A stretch of 64,000 bases of DNA from Camelus ferus (lineage: Eukaryota): contig NC_045696.1 of assembly GCF_009834535.1 (NCBI RefSeq), positions 22,880,001-22,944,000 of the forward strand, read 5' to 3'. The translations under genes and the position numbers were made by a program. Positions 26,531 through 40,165 of this stretch are shown piece by piece; the stretch's first letter is position 1; each line of letters starts with the position of its first letter. The notes beneath the pieces were generated by a model, which was not told where the DNA came from, searched no databases, and worked only from the letters and a program-made list of their open reading frames with translations.

Positions 26531-27899
26531 GGTCATTAGAAGTTAACAGAGCCAGCCAGCCGTGTGACCTTTGCCTCACTGTCACTTGCAAGTGTTATGT
26601 GAGAACATCTGGCTGGTCAAACATAACCTCACCCAGAAACCAAGCTGCAAAGCAGTCTAGCAAATGCAATTTTAGTTTTAGGTACCATTCCTTTATCTTC
26701 ATGGTAAAGGAATGGACACTAGAGAGTAGATTGTACAGATGTTGAGCTAAGCCAGGTCCTTCAGTTCAAGGTATAAGTATTTCTCCTCATTCTTTTGCTA
26801 TATTTAATAGGCCAGATTAATGAATCAAACAGACACACATGTATGCATGTGTGTATACACATCCATGCACATACTCCCCACGGACAAGCACTATAATTCA
26901 TAAACAGAAACAACGTACATAATGATGGCCTATAATAATATAGCTTTTCATGTGATTATACAGAGCAGTTTTAGTCCTTTTACTGTTCCACAAGTTAAAA
27001 GACAGAAGCCTGGTTTCTAGTCCTGGAGCTCACTAACCAAAGACATCACCTCCATGGACAAATGTCACTACAGATTTTATCACTGCTTGTTTTAACACTG
27101 TGTTCTAGTTTTGATACTTAGGAATGCAACCTTTTCTAGAATCATATTAATGGGAAAAAAGACTAAGTTATACATAGCAGATCCTGCAGAAACCTTTAAC
27201 GTATTTTCCCTTTCATTTTTAGATGAGCTCAATTTATAGGGCAGGGATTTCTTCAATAATCTCTATTTGAATAATAGGGGTGGAGTGGGCAGGGTATAAA
27301 TCAATTATTCACAAGGCCAGATAATCCTCTGGGATTAAAAGAAGGGTGTTTTCCAGTCACAAGCATGTGTACTTATCAAAAATAAAATATACAAATTAAT
27401 GAAAAATCTTGAACGCATCTGGGAAGGATTTTCAGAGGATGAGCTACAGAGCACACCACTTGAGAACCACTGACACAATAAATTACATAAATGGGACAGA
27501 GAGCAAGATTTAAGCAAATCACCAATGTTCATTGATTGTGTTTCTGTAATATGCATCACACCCAGAGAGAACTAAACTTAATTAAAGCCATATTATGTAA
27601 GGGATGGTGCTTATTTGATTTTTGCCAAAACTAAGCATACATATAGCAATTGAATTTATCTACTGAAGCCCACAGAAATTACATATTTACTTCTAAGAGA
27701 ACTTTCATGGGTTCTTTAAACCTAGGTTTCAGGAAAAACTAACAAAGAAATGTTCAGACCCCACGTGTCATTCAGGACCATTCCCTTGCACTATGAGCAG
27801 AGATGGAGTTGTTCCAATAGAGTGGTTTTGGCCATGGAAAGTCTCATCAGACTCCGAAGTCATGTGCACCCCTTTTCCCTGGAAGGACAAACGTATCAG

Positions 27900-28365
27900 G
27901 GCTCTGTCTGGTTTCAAGAAAACCCAACAGTGACTTAAATAAGTCAGTGGTTACTTGTCTTATGCAACAAGACCATGGATGGAAAGATCAGGATGAGCAC
28001 TGTGGCTTGATGTCATCAAGGATGCAGATTTCTTCTGAATTCCTCTTGAAACCAATCCTAAAATGTGGATTTAATCCTCATGATTGGAAGATGGTCGCGT
28101 CTCCAGGCATCCATCTGGGAGGGAGGCGAAGCGAATGAAGAAACATCCCAGTGAGTTTCTCTCTTCTAAAGCTTTCCTAGAAGCCTCAGCAAGAGGCTGC
28201 CATTAATTTTATCATTGACCAGAACTCGGTCACAAGACTACATTTATCTACATGTGAGGTTGCCAAAGCAAGGTTTTTAGCTGAACACATTTCTCCATAA
28301 TTGGCATGGCTGTTAAGTAAGAGAGGAGAAGTGGATGTTGAGTAGGCATTGGGTTGTGGCTGTCA
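27900..28365 (-). mobile_element. Old MaLR LTR (MLT1J/K-like)
   Basis: aacagtgacttaaataag...atcattgaccagaactcggtcacaag...ttttagctg. Confidence 0.5.
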
Positions 28366-28432
28366 CTGCGGGTGACTAGCAAAGGCAAGATCTGCTATTT
28401 TGACACTGCCTTCTCCCATCTAACCTTCAAAT

Positions 28433-28434
<2 letters not shown>

Positions 28435-28470
<36 letters not shown>
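28435..28470. repeat. (CA)n microsatellite
   Basis: Visible directly. Confidence 0.95.
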
Positions 28471-31400
28471 TACATGCACGCAGTTGGGCCACTTATTTCT
28501 GCTCACTTATATTCAGTTTCTATGAATTTCCTCAGTAGATTCTTTCCCTGAAAGGCTTAGTATACTCTTGGGGGAATATAAAAACATAAATACTATTTGC
28601 CCAGGTTTTCTATGTCTCTAAATCAAGTTCTGAAAAGTTCTGGGGTTCAAGTTATTGCTAAATCAAAATTGAAATCAAAATATTTCCGGAGAGTCCTAAT
28701 TAACCTTGTAGCACTTTTCCAGAGTTAGTCTGAGATTAATATTCATTTTGATGGATTGAACTGGAGTAAAGAAGCATTTTTTTGAACACCAACAACGTGC
28801 CAGGCCCTGTTCTTCAATAACCGAGCAGAAAAAGATGAAGTGTCTCCCATCAGGAAACTCCCTGTCTGATACAAAAGATGGGTGCATGAACACACAACTA
28901 CAATAGAGGAAAATGTGAGAGCATGGCTGAAGAATGCTTAACTCTCCTGGGGGAGGGGCGCAGGAAACATTCTCTGAAGACATGCTATCCAACCTGGATG
29001 AAGCGATGTCAGGACCAGGTCTCATGTTTCCTGATTTTCAGTCTAAAAAGGGAAATTAAAAAGTGGCAATGAGAAACATACCTTCAATAATACTTTTAAA
29101 TCTATCTTTGAATAAACATACAACCCAAAGTGTTGGTCTCAATTTTAACAAGATATTTGGACTACTGCTTTGGCTCACCCAAAATGCATTGTTATCTTCA
29201 CAGTTTGTCTTATGTTTCATAAATATAGAACATCTCACAATATGTTGGCACCTCCTGAAAAACAAATAGCAGAATGACTAATAATCCAAGAAATTGTTGT
29301 CCACAAAGTACACTAGGCATTTTCATGACGAGCTTGAGGAATACTTCAATTCCCATTTGTTTTCTGTACTAAATATGTCAGAATAAAAGAGGTTAAATAT
29401 TTTTAAATTAACACTACCACACAGTAATGGTCTAAACTGTAAGTGGCACTGCAGTTGAATCTCTTGATGATCAAATTACACAGTCTAGAAGGTCCATATA
29501 TCCATTTAGATTTGGGGGTTGGGGGTGGAATTTCATGGCAGCCCTTAATGATTGTGAACTGAGGCATGTTCCACCTTCTCCCAGTGACTCCCTATTTTCA
29601 TCATCATCTGTCCATCCAGGACACATTTCCCAAACCCAATCCTGTCTGCCTAGAAAAATAGTTAATGTTTAAAAAAATGCCCCCAAACTCTCAAATATTT
29701 TATTCCTTTAATTCTCGACAACATACCTGAAAGTTTGAATGAACTATTTTATGTGGGTTTTGTGAACTTAAGCGACTTGCCTAAGGTCATATAGCTGCTA
29801 AGTGAGGAGGCCAACTCGGTCTCACCCTGATCTCAGTGCTCGTCCCAGTACTTCTGACATCTCCCTACTAGGTCTGCTGCGGGTGAGCTCTGTGCTACAC
29901 AATCACAGTCAATTTTCAGTGACTGACAAGGGGGTTTTCTCTGTTATCTTATCTAAAAACCAAGTATTTTCAGTGATACCCTTTTAAGTACCTTGCAGCT
30001 CAAATACTCTCCCACTCCGTAAGTCTATACTTGCCATGTTTCCTTCACCCAGGTTCCTCAGACATTCCTAATATTTTAAATGTAGTATTTATTTTAATAA
30101 TCCAAGAGTTTTTATTGATCATCTGTGTGTATTCCCAGTACTCTACTAAGAGCAAGACAGACACAATAAGCTTCAGTTTTTGCCTTCTAGGAAGTTACAG
30201 TTTATTTTACTAAGTTAATGTAAGCATCCTGATGGCTAGCACCTTAATAACCACTTTATCTTTTGTGTCCTAGAACAGCGCCTGGCACTTAGTACATTTT
30301 TAATAAGCATATTACAATCATACATGTAATATTTAAGTGAATTTTCAAGACTAGAAAGCATATTATGGGTGTAACTGTGAAGGAAAAAATGTAGCCAATA
30401 AGATACAGAGTCTAAAGTGGAAAAACAGTAAAATTCTAAGCCCAGACTCTCAAAGAGCACACAGACGTTCTGGGGTCATCAGCAGTTCCTGGCAGGCCCA
30501 GCCAAAGTGCAGAAAAGCCACACCCCTTTTGGACTTGAGTCTATCAAGAATCCTAACATAAACTTTGAGCTAGTCACAAATTTTAGAACACTTCTCACAA
30601 ACAATAGTATGTGTTTGCAGGCATGGAAGTAACCACGTATCGCCCCAATCTGTGTATAAACATGAAGGTAACATGTTCTGAAGCAGGAGGGCTAGACGAG
30701 AGTGAGGCTCTGAAAAAGGAAGCACTTTCACAGTCAAATGAAAGGAGACGAAATTAGAAATAACAGAACTATTATCTTAGCTAAAGTTGGTGCAAGTTTC
30801 AGGGCTCGGGTAAATTGGAAAGTATACTAAATCTCATTGGATACCAATTAAAGTTACATTAGGTTTCAGTATATACTGCAAGTCTTATAAGAACTAGTCA
30901 TTGTTTTTGTCTCCCAGGGTGGGTCTAATCATTCTCAATCAATTCTCTGTCATCATAATATGTCTCTTTTTTTTCTTAGAGGTAAGTGCTTAGTTTATAT
31001 AAACTTTGCCTGACTACAAGTGGGCATTCTTCGCAAGATGTTGCTTCAACAAAGTGTTAGCTAAAATATACTGAGCACATCCTCTGTGACAGGCAGATGA
31101 AGGAACTGAGGCACAGAAGGTTTGTATAAGTTCCCATAACCAGTGAGTGGTGGATCAGGACCTGAGCTCAGGATGCCTGGCTCCAAAGCTGGCATTCTAA
31201 ACCCAGAATCAGGGCTTGTTTCTGTCCACAACTGCTATTCATGATGCAAGTATAGATAAAGGCCAATTTATGCAAATGTATTTTGCCTACTTGGTGGATT
31301 TTCATGACATGAGTTTAACTCTAGAATGATGTCCCCTGGCCATGCCATATCGATTGTTTTGTATCTCACAACGTCACCAGTTTTTGTACATCTAGGAAAT

Positions 31401-31789
31401 ATGATTTTAATATTAGCTTGAAATCAGCAAGAAGGAAAATTAAGAAGGGGAAAAGTATATAAGATAATTTCAAAATTCTACCCAGGAGGAGATAGGATGG
31501 CATGTGGTGAATAAATCTAGGAAGTTTAATGTTCTAGTCTTCCAGGAATATTTTAGAGAAGTAGGAACCTAACAAAAGTCACCCACCCAAAGTGGGCATG
31601 AAATTGTTAAACTACAGACCCAGTTGATTAGAGAAGATTCGGCCCTGGAGTGGATGCAGCTCCTGTAGGAAACTCCAATGAGAAAAATCAAAAAGGTATA
31701 AGGGAAGTGTCTTTTATTTCAGTAATGGAAGAGGGATTTAGGACGTCCTCAATCAAGATGTTCTCCAAGCCTGACCCTCCTTGACAATG

Positions 31790-31962
31790 GTTTGCAAACT
31801 ATATTATGCGAGAGAATCACTTGCTAAAACACAGATTTCTAAGCCCCATCCCCAAAGTTTCTGATTCTAAAAGTTGGGCCCAGGAATTTGCACTGGTAAC
31901 AATTTCCCAGGTGAAGTTGATACTGCTAGTTCAAGGACCACACTTTCAGAATCACAGCTCCA
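31790..31962. mobile_element. MER5A-like hAT element
   Basis: ttgctaaaacacagatttctaagcccc...caggaatttgcactggtaacaatttcccaggtgaagttgatactgctagttcaaggaccacacttt. Confidence 0.75.
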
Positions 31963-31971
31963 TGGTAATTG

Positions 31972-31981
31972 CTCTCTCTCC

Positions 31982-32050
<69 letters not shown>
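31972..32050. repeat. Compound (CT)n(AT)n microsatellite
   Basis: Visible directly. Confidence 0.95.
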
Positions 32051-32999
32051 CAACCATCAGAAGCAGTTATCTCCATTGTAAGATTATGCCTTTACAGTTA
32101 GGATCAGAGTATATGCTAGAGAAAAAGGCTAGAATGACTAAATCCCTGGGTAATAGAAGAAAAAGAGAAAGAAAATCTACCAAAAATCATATCAGCTGTA
32201 GGGGTAGCAAAAAACTTGTCTGGTGAGGGCTGCTCAACTAAGCTAACAAAAAGACACTAACCAGACCAGAGATGATAACCACCCTGTCCACTCTTGGCTA
32301 CACTGCCATCAAGAAACCAGCGAGAGGGAACACCAGCCCCATATTGGTGGTATTGCTGGTAAACCTACATATTAGTTTTTAAGTGGATAAAGATTTGGAC
32401 TTTATCCCATATGAAATGGTGACTCCTGGAGATTTTTAAACTGGACCATGATCTATTAGATCTGAATTTTAAGAAATGAAAATATATATCAATCAGGACT
32501 CTTCCAGTTTGAAAACAAAACTCAATTCAGAATAGCTTTAGCAAAATGGAAAGTATATTGTCTCCTATACTAGGAATAAGTCGGAAAATTTATTCTTGGT
32601 TAAATCTATACCCTCAAACAGTCTTCTCAAGATTTAGCTAATTTTCCCAATTGTTCATGAGACTAATTGTTTTTTTTTAAATCAGACTTTAGTCTAATGT
32701 TCAACCATGAACCAACGTTCATGGTCTTGAGTAACTGGAGGATCGAGTTGATCCGAGCCCCAGAACCAGTCACCTTGCAACATGAGCAGCCTAGTCCAAA
32801 GTCCCAATTCTCCCCTAGTTTACCCAAAGTGTTCCATAGAAGTATTACCATTTTTAAATGCCTAGATGTGAAAGAGTTTGAGAAACAATGCCGTAGAGAA
32901 TAAAGTAGCATAGGATAGGAAATAGGCCAGTGTCTTCCGGTTATTTGTATAATGATCCCAGTGAAAAGAACCTCCAGGTGTCTTAAAGTTGGGTGTATA

Positions 33000-34120
33000 A
33001 AACCAACATCCCTGACTGCTGCGTTGCTACGTAAGTGGATAGTAAATCTCTTACAGAAGTGGCTTCCGCTCTCTCAGAAGATGGAGAAGTGGGGGTAGTG
33101 GCTAGGGAGGGCTGAGAGAGGACCTTTGGCCTCCGGCGCTGCCACTCCCCTTATCCCTACTCCAACCTGAGTGATTTTGGGTCGTTTCCCTCTGTGTTGC
33201 ATACAATAGGGTCTTTGCTAGCAATCAGGGTTCAATAGCTTTAAAAAGCTTGCAAAACACCTCCTTCAGACACCTATGCCATCTCCTCCATCGTAGCCGT
33301 GGCAGCCTTCACTTACAGGGACTCAGAAATAGTCTTTCCTTGAAAAACCTATGCAAAAGATTATATGAACCCTAAACCTTTCAGTTCCCTATTATGACTA
33401 GTGCAGGGAACAGACTCTCTGGGACTGAATTTTCGATGTAGTTATGGTGCAACGGCTCGGTTAGTTTTCAGGACATGGATTTAACTAGAGCTCGGAGTGC
33501 AGCTTGTCAGTTTCCCTGGGCTTCCGCATGGGGCAAGTCATACTCCGGTTTGGGACAATTCTGGCAACAGTCCAGTGAGAAAATACTGCATGCCAGGTTC
33601 ACGCTCAGTTATCTCCAGTTTGAAAAAATTTTTTTCTCTGAATAAAAAAAAAAGTGAGAAAAAAAAAAGCCTCTTAAGATGATAACCAACACAGACTTCC
33701 CCGAGGATTAGAGAACTTTTAGCTTTTAAGCGCCTCATTGCTGAATCACACAAAGATGATTTTAAAAGCCAAGTTTCGGAGTGAGACATATAGTTCTGGG
33801 TCCTCAACAAATTCTGACAAGATTTCACACACTGTCAGAGAGGTTCTTTGCTCCTGCCCGGCTTCCCTGCGGTGGGAGAGGGGACAGAGCCAATGCCCCA
33901 ACCTCCTTCCTCTCAGGGAGTCACTTTGACCCAATTCCAGAAGCCCAAGGGCTGTCCTTAATTAGCATTGTAATTTATATTGCACAATTATGCAAATTGG
34001 GTACATAAACAAAATTATCCTTTCAGTTTGGCTTTGCTACGGAGAAATGCAAAGCCAGTTAAAGATAAGAATAAAGAAAACAGAATAAATTTGCTCTAAT
34101 GCAATGCGCCATTTCTTAAT
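33000..34120. promoter_or_regulatory. Candidate enhancer/promoter block (CpG-enriched; C/EBP, octamer, Sox and homeobox motif cluster at 33958-33997)
   Basis: No recognisable repeat; more CpG than flanks; TAATTA, CATTGT, ATTGCACAAT and ATGCAAAT within 40 bp. Confidence 0.4.
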
Positions 34121-35289
34121 TTATCCATGCTTTTGTTTTACTCATTCACCCTGCACTTGGGGGGGTTAAAATTTTTCTTTTCTCCTGTTTTGTTTTTCTT
34201 CCTTTTGTGCTGGTTTTTCCTTCCTTTATCTCTGCTTGGCTCTTTTCCTTGAGAAATTTTCCATCTCATTAATTCTGCTGCAGCGATTCATAACTCTTTC
34301 GGGCCATTTCTTTGTTTTCGGATATGATGACTATCTTGACTGTCCCTTTTCTTTTTGCTTCCAGATTCTCTCCTTTCTCCTGGCATCTCTTTCTATTTTG
34401 CTCCATTTTCCCATTAGTTTGACGTACTTTTATCGCCATATGATGCTCCTTGTCTGATATCTAGCAAATGCCCTCAGGATCCAAATCATTTTTACTAAGA
34501 AAACTGAAAATAATTATGGCAAGTAACAGAGCTTGGAGGATGGAAAACCAAAGATACAAAGCCCAAGGAAATTGAACTGGAAGCCAGTGCCTAGAGGCAA
34601 GAGATAGTATTTAAGTAGATGTTAGCCACTAGGTAATCAAGCAACAAATCAGCATAAAAAAGATAATTTTCCAACACTGGATGATATTCCAGTTGAGCTG
34701 GCTCCTTTCAAATGCCTTAAAATTGAATGGAAAATCAGAAAACTTTAAAATATTTAAAACTGGTTGAAAATACAACCATCCAGATAAAGCTAGGTTGAAC
34801 AGTGGCTACTAAACTCTGGTTAAGTACGGAAAAGAGTCTGGGCAGGAGAACGTTAAAGGTCATCGAAGCTTGATAAGCATTTAGATTTAGGTGGTCTATA
34901 AATTGGGTGGGGAGACAACATGTTTGCAGTAACCATTTAAAAATGAGAAATTCATCTATTTGAATACAGTTTGGGGAAAATTCAACCATATTTACTGGTG
35001 CTTGACAATATATGGACACTAACTGTTAAAGGAATTTATAGCAGAGGTCCTTGAACAGAACTGTGAAGAGGACAGGATTGTTCATTGCTTTATCTGCCCA
35101 GAACCACAGCTCCCCCCGGGGAAATATCCATCCTCCTTTTACAGCCCTCTGGCTGCAGCAACAGCAGCCAAATTAAAATATTACCCAAGGGATCAGACCC
35201 AACTTGGGCAAATCAGAGCATCCTGCTTCTGGCTATAACTTTTTCCACTTTAAATAACTCTCACATATCTCCCACACAGAGTTTTAGTC

Positions 35290-35768
35290 CCCATCTCTCT
35301 CTCTGACTCCTAACTTATCACCTATCTTTCTTCCATTCACTTACTACTTTCTGGACATCCTGGATGACTAATATTTTCAGCTTATTGATTTTCTACCTTT
35401 CATCCTCTCCTCCTAGAATATGGTCTTTCTTACTTTTTCAGTGGCTTCTTTCTTCTTGTCATTTGAGTCTCTACTCGAAAGTCATCTTAGAGAAAATATC
35501 CCCTACCTAACGTTGACCTCCATCCCATCACTCGCTATATATATCACCTAGTTTGAACTCAGCACCATTGAACATTGGCTTATGTATTTATTTAATACAT
35601 GTACTTGCCTCTCAGATACTTATATTTCAGTTTATTTCTTGCCTGTCTCTCCCCACTAGAATGTAAGATCTTGTCTGTCTGGTTCACCGCTGCCTTCTCC
35701 GTACTCAGGACAGTGTCAAACGCATAGAGCATTCCCCAAGTAATTTTGATTTAAACGAATGAACTGAT
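35290..35768 (+). mobile_element. L2 3' fragment
   Basis: gtctctccccactagaatgtaagatc...gtctggttcaccgctg...aacgaatgaa. Confidence 0.65.
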
Positions 35769-35771
35769 GAT

Positions 35772-36227
35772 TGTTATAGAATGGACAATGACCTAGATGT
35801 GCCCAGAGTTTTCCATCACCATGATCTGTGGGGTTTGTGAGCAACAGTGAATCAAGTTCACGTTTTGGGGCATTGAGTGCTTGAAGTAGGAGATATAAAG
35901 CTCACAGTAACTGTTTTTCCAACATGTGAACCGAAGTGAGTAAGCCAGTGACAGGTGAGGGTGGGGAAGATGGCACAGGGTGGATCAGGGAGGGAGCAAG
36001 TATGGGATGGTGGGAAAAGGTGAGGTAGTGAGGGTGGAGGTGGGTAGAAACTGATCTTGGAGAGTGTTTATTGCCTGGTTGCTGATGCTCCTGAAGCCTG
36101 GCTACATCCTGTCTCTGGCTTCTGTGAAACCCCTCAGACTCCTTGCTATGATTTCTGCTTTCTCTTAAACCATGAGATGGACTTCAATCCTTTGCAATCA
36201 ATAAAAGTAGTTCATGACATTACAACA
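35772..36227 (+). mobile_element. Possible old ERVL-type solo LTR (LTR16/LTR33-like)
   Basis: TG...CA ends, AATAAA near the 3' end, cctgaagcctggctacatcctg...ttctgtgaaacccc motif. Confidence 0.35.
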
Positions 36228-36331
36228 CTATGCTTAATAACTTAAAACTGGGTGCAAAATTATGGTTTGAATCAAGATTCTGCTGTTATTATCTCTACCA
36301 CGGACCAATGTCTTAATCTCTCCAAATTTTA

Positions 36332-36503
36332 TTTTATTATTATTTTTTTAATTGAAGTATAGCTGGTTTACAACATAGTGTTAATTTCTGGTGTATAACA
36401 TAATGATTCAGTTCTATCTATGTATAGATATAACTCTGGCTATATATATATTCAGCTATCTTTATATCTATATGTGTAGACCTATATAGATATATTCCTT
36501 TTC
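36332..36503 (-). mobile_element. Short young L1 3' end inserted into a MIR
   Basis: ttttttaattgaagtatagctggtttacaac; exact 16-bp TSD atctctccaaatttta at 36316-36331 and 36504-36519. Confidence 0.8.
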
Positions 36504-38351
36504 ATCTCTCCAAATTTTAGTTCCCTTATCTGAAAAATGGACAATAGCAGAGCCTACCAGATATGGGCACTGGAAAGACGAAATGTGATTACATATGGAA
36601 ATTTCTTAGGCACAATGCCTGACACATAGTAAGTTCCCAAATAAGGAACTATAGCTTGGCTCTGCTTTGAATTGGTATTTCAAACCTACCCTCATTGGTG
36701 TGTCTTACTTTCTGTGGCACATCCTACATTCCCATTTATTTTAGACTATTTTCTAAATTCTTTTTATGATTAAGTATATGTAGAGTTGGCCTTCTTTACT
36801 TTCCTCTGTGATGACATATCAGTTTCCATTAGATGTCCCAGGTGGGGCATTTATGAATGAAAAAATACTTGGTGCTAAGAAATTGGGGAAATGATGATAC
36901 ATTTTTTTTTCATTTCCTACATGTATTCTTTTCCTCATTTCTAATTTTTTTTTGCTTTTTACTCTTTGCATAAAATTAAAGATTATTCCTTAAAAAATTT
37001 GATTCTGTGATTCACTTGTTGATCTTATATTTCTCTAATTCAATTAAATTTGCATTGCTTCTGTCCCTAACCTTTGTCTCTGATTTATTGTAGTCTACTT
37101 AAGTTCTTCAGATAAATACTTTATTTATTTACTTTAATTTTAATGTAATAAAGGCTAGAGCCTATGCAGTCATCTCTTAGAATAGCTTTGGTAATACACT
37201 TCTGTTGAAATGTGGTGCTGTAATGTTAGTAGATTTCTAAATAGTCTACAATTATTATTTTATTTTACAATTTGTCACAACAGTTATTTAGGCAAATGAT
37301 TTATTTATTTAATGTTTTTGTTTTACTGTTTGTTTTTAATATTTTGAGGAGTAGTTTTATGAAAAAATGTATTTTTTAGTACTATGCAATTGTGACCATA
37401 TGTGATTTCTGCAATTTCTGTTATTTATCATTCATTTGTTCTTGACTAATACTGATCTATTTTGGTAAATAAACCACAGATGCTTGAAAATAAATGTGTA
37501 GTTTCTGTTTGTAGGGTACAGGTATTTGTAGATACCGGTTATTAACGTTTCCTTTAACTTCCTTGATTTTAGTTATTTAAATTATACAGTTCTTCTGTGG
37601 TGATTTGGCAGTTATAATTCATGTTTATATTTTAAATTTATGTTATATTTCCCTTCACGTGTCTACATACATTCTTTATACCTTATACTCGTGTCATTAC
37701 CAAAGACAAGAATGAATCAATATATTGGCTCCTCTCGGTTAAGATGAAAATCTTGGTACATTTTTCCTTTTATGATCCTTCCACTCCTAGCCCTGCATCT
37801 ACATTCTCTTGCTGATTTTTGTCCATATAACCTATATTTTAATACCAACTCATTTTTGTTTTTTAATTAAAAAAATTTAAGTATCTTACTTTGCCAATGA
37901 TTTTCACATTTGCATTCACTCAGTTTTCTGAAAAGCATATTACCAACAATTGTATAATCTTACCGTTATGTTCTTTCAGGGCTGTGTTCCTGTCCTTGTA
38001 CCAGACTGGTATGTCATATATTCTCAAGAATCCTGGGTAAGGAACTAACACAGTAGAACGGAGAGAAAAGATAAGAACCTGACCAAGTAAAACTTAAACT
38101 CCCATAATAATAAACATTGCTTCTGTAAGTGTATGTTCCCATAAACGTGTTTCCACCAAGATTACAGTAAATCGTCACCTTGATAACCCCATCTCAACCA
38201 TGGTCAAACATACACACATGCAGACAAATCCATACTAATGGGAATGAGCACTTTACTATTTCCCTTGTGCTAATAGTCTCAGAAAGTGAGATGTCTACAC
38301 TAACTTTATCGTTATTAGTCCTTTTAATGGAGTCACCTGTAAATAATTGTA

Positions 38352-38530
38352 AACATTGGTCTCAAACTTGGCTGCACATTGTAATCACGTGGGGAGATTC
38401 TTAAAAGATTCCTAATGACCTAACTGCTCACCAGACCAATTAAATCCAAATAATTGTGGCTGAGACCTAGGTAGGCATCAGTATTTTCTAAAGCTCCTCA
38501 TGTGACTACAGAATGCAGCCAAGAATAAGG
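38352..38530. mobile_element. MER5-family hAT element
   Basis: ggtctcaaacttggctgcacattgtaatcacgtggggag...ggcatcagtattttctaaagctcc. Confidence 0.7.
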
Positions 38531-39369
38531 ACATAGGAGAGTCAATGGAATCTGAACCCTCAGTCCAGTTTTGCCTGTGGATATAACACAACATAAGAAA
38601 GAGCTTTTCTGGATACTTAAAAGTGATTCAGAAATAGAACTTCCTTCTGGACTGGGGTAACTACATCAAAATGATTGAAAAGCATTTGTATCATTTCAAT
38701 GACTATTGCATCATTTTTAACATGCAGATGAATGGAGTATACAGCTGTGTTTTGGGGTAAGAGTGGACAATAAGAGGGTTTCTCAGAGTTAATCAGATAG
38801 CTCAGATAAAACCACCATGGAGAAACAGATTATATCCCAATTTTTCAAAGTTAAGAACTTTATTTCATAAATTTGGTTTCAACTCTTCCACACGAAAATT
38901 TGAAGTCATGGCCCTGATATTAAGAACCTACCATCTTTTCCTATATTTTTAGGCAGACTATCACATGGATGTTCCCTTATTTTATGAGCCTCAGCTATGT
39001 GAGTTCAGAATATGGACCAGATTATCTAATTTTGAAGGCTACCCGAATAGAGTCAAGAAAATATTCTCTCTAGAAATGTCCTTTGAACATCAATTGTTAC
39101 CATAACAATTATAATGCTTGACTTGAGATAAGATGCAGATAAAAACAAACACAAGCAAAACTCATATGCAAACTTTTGCTGGTATTTTATTATATGCATC
39201 TTTCTAAACTGTTAGGTAATAAATTAGCAAAACCATTCCAGCTATAGTTATCATTCCTTTACAAGGAAAGGAGCTAATTAGCTGTTTTATATATGATGAC
39301 AATCTTTAGTCAATTGCTACTTCTTTAAATTGAAAATTTGACAGCATAAACCAATTTATTTATTTACTT

Positions 39370-39620
39370 ATTATTTTTTCTTCCAGGTTTATTGAGGTGT
39401 AATTGACAAGTAAAATTGTTTAAAGTGTACAATGTGATGATTTGATACACACACACTTTGAGAAATTATAACCACAATCAGGTTAATTAACACATACATC
39501 GCCTCATATATTTACCATTTTTTTACATGTATAATAAGAATGCTTAAGATCTACACTGTTAACAAATTTCAAGTATACGACACAGTATTATTAACTATAG
39601 TCCCTATGCTGTACATCAGA
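39370..39620 (-). mobile_element. L1MA-like 3' end
   Basis: tttattgaggtgtaattgacaagtaaaattg...cttaagatctac...ttattaactatagtc. Confidence 0.8.
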
Positions 39621-40001
39621 ATCAATCAACTTGGTAGTTTGCACACTCAGATACCTTAGGAAAGAGATAACATCTACAGATAGGATGGAGCTAAATTAGC
39701 TTCATGGAGTGATAACTTCTCATTTTTGGCCTCTTCCCTGCTAGGTAATATGTATTTACTTTATTGTTTGTTCTGTTGTTTAAAAATATGTTGTTAAAAA
39801 TATGCCCAATGTACTTGTCAGGCAGAAGACTTAATTATAGTTAAGGATGCTTACTTTGTAATAGAATCTGAATTTCCAAGATCTATAGCTTGATTGAAAA
39901 ATATTAAGCAGAATATATGATCCTTGGAATCTCATCTTACAGAAAAATAATCAAGAAGATACTGTGAGTTAAATGTCTTCTATAGTGATTTTCACAAGGT
40001 C

Positions 40002-40165
40002 CAGTGGTTCTCAGATAGGATCTGGACCAGCAGTATCAGTGTCACTTGGGCATTTCAGAAATGCAAATTGTCAGACCCCACCCAGTCCTACTGAACCAGA
40101 AGCTTTGAGGCTGGGACCATCAATCTGCGTTTTAACAAGCTTTCTCTGTGATTTTGTTACACTCT
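40002..40165. mobile_element. MER5A-like hAT element
   Basis: cagtggttctca...accagcagtatcag...agaaatgcaaatt...tttaacaagc...gtttgagaatctctg. Confidence 0.75.

Noticed and set aside
31806..32226. Several ORFs with SLSL/ERER runs
   Set aside because: Artefacts of the (CT)n microsatellite
35955..36045. G-rich possible G-quadruplex
   Set aside because: Irregular G-runs inside a probable old LTR; no functional context
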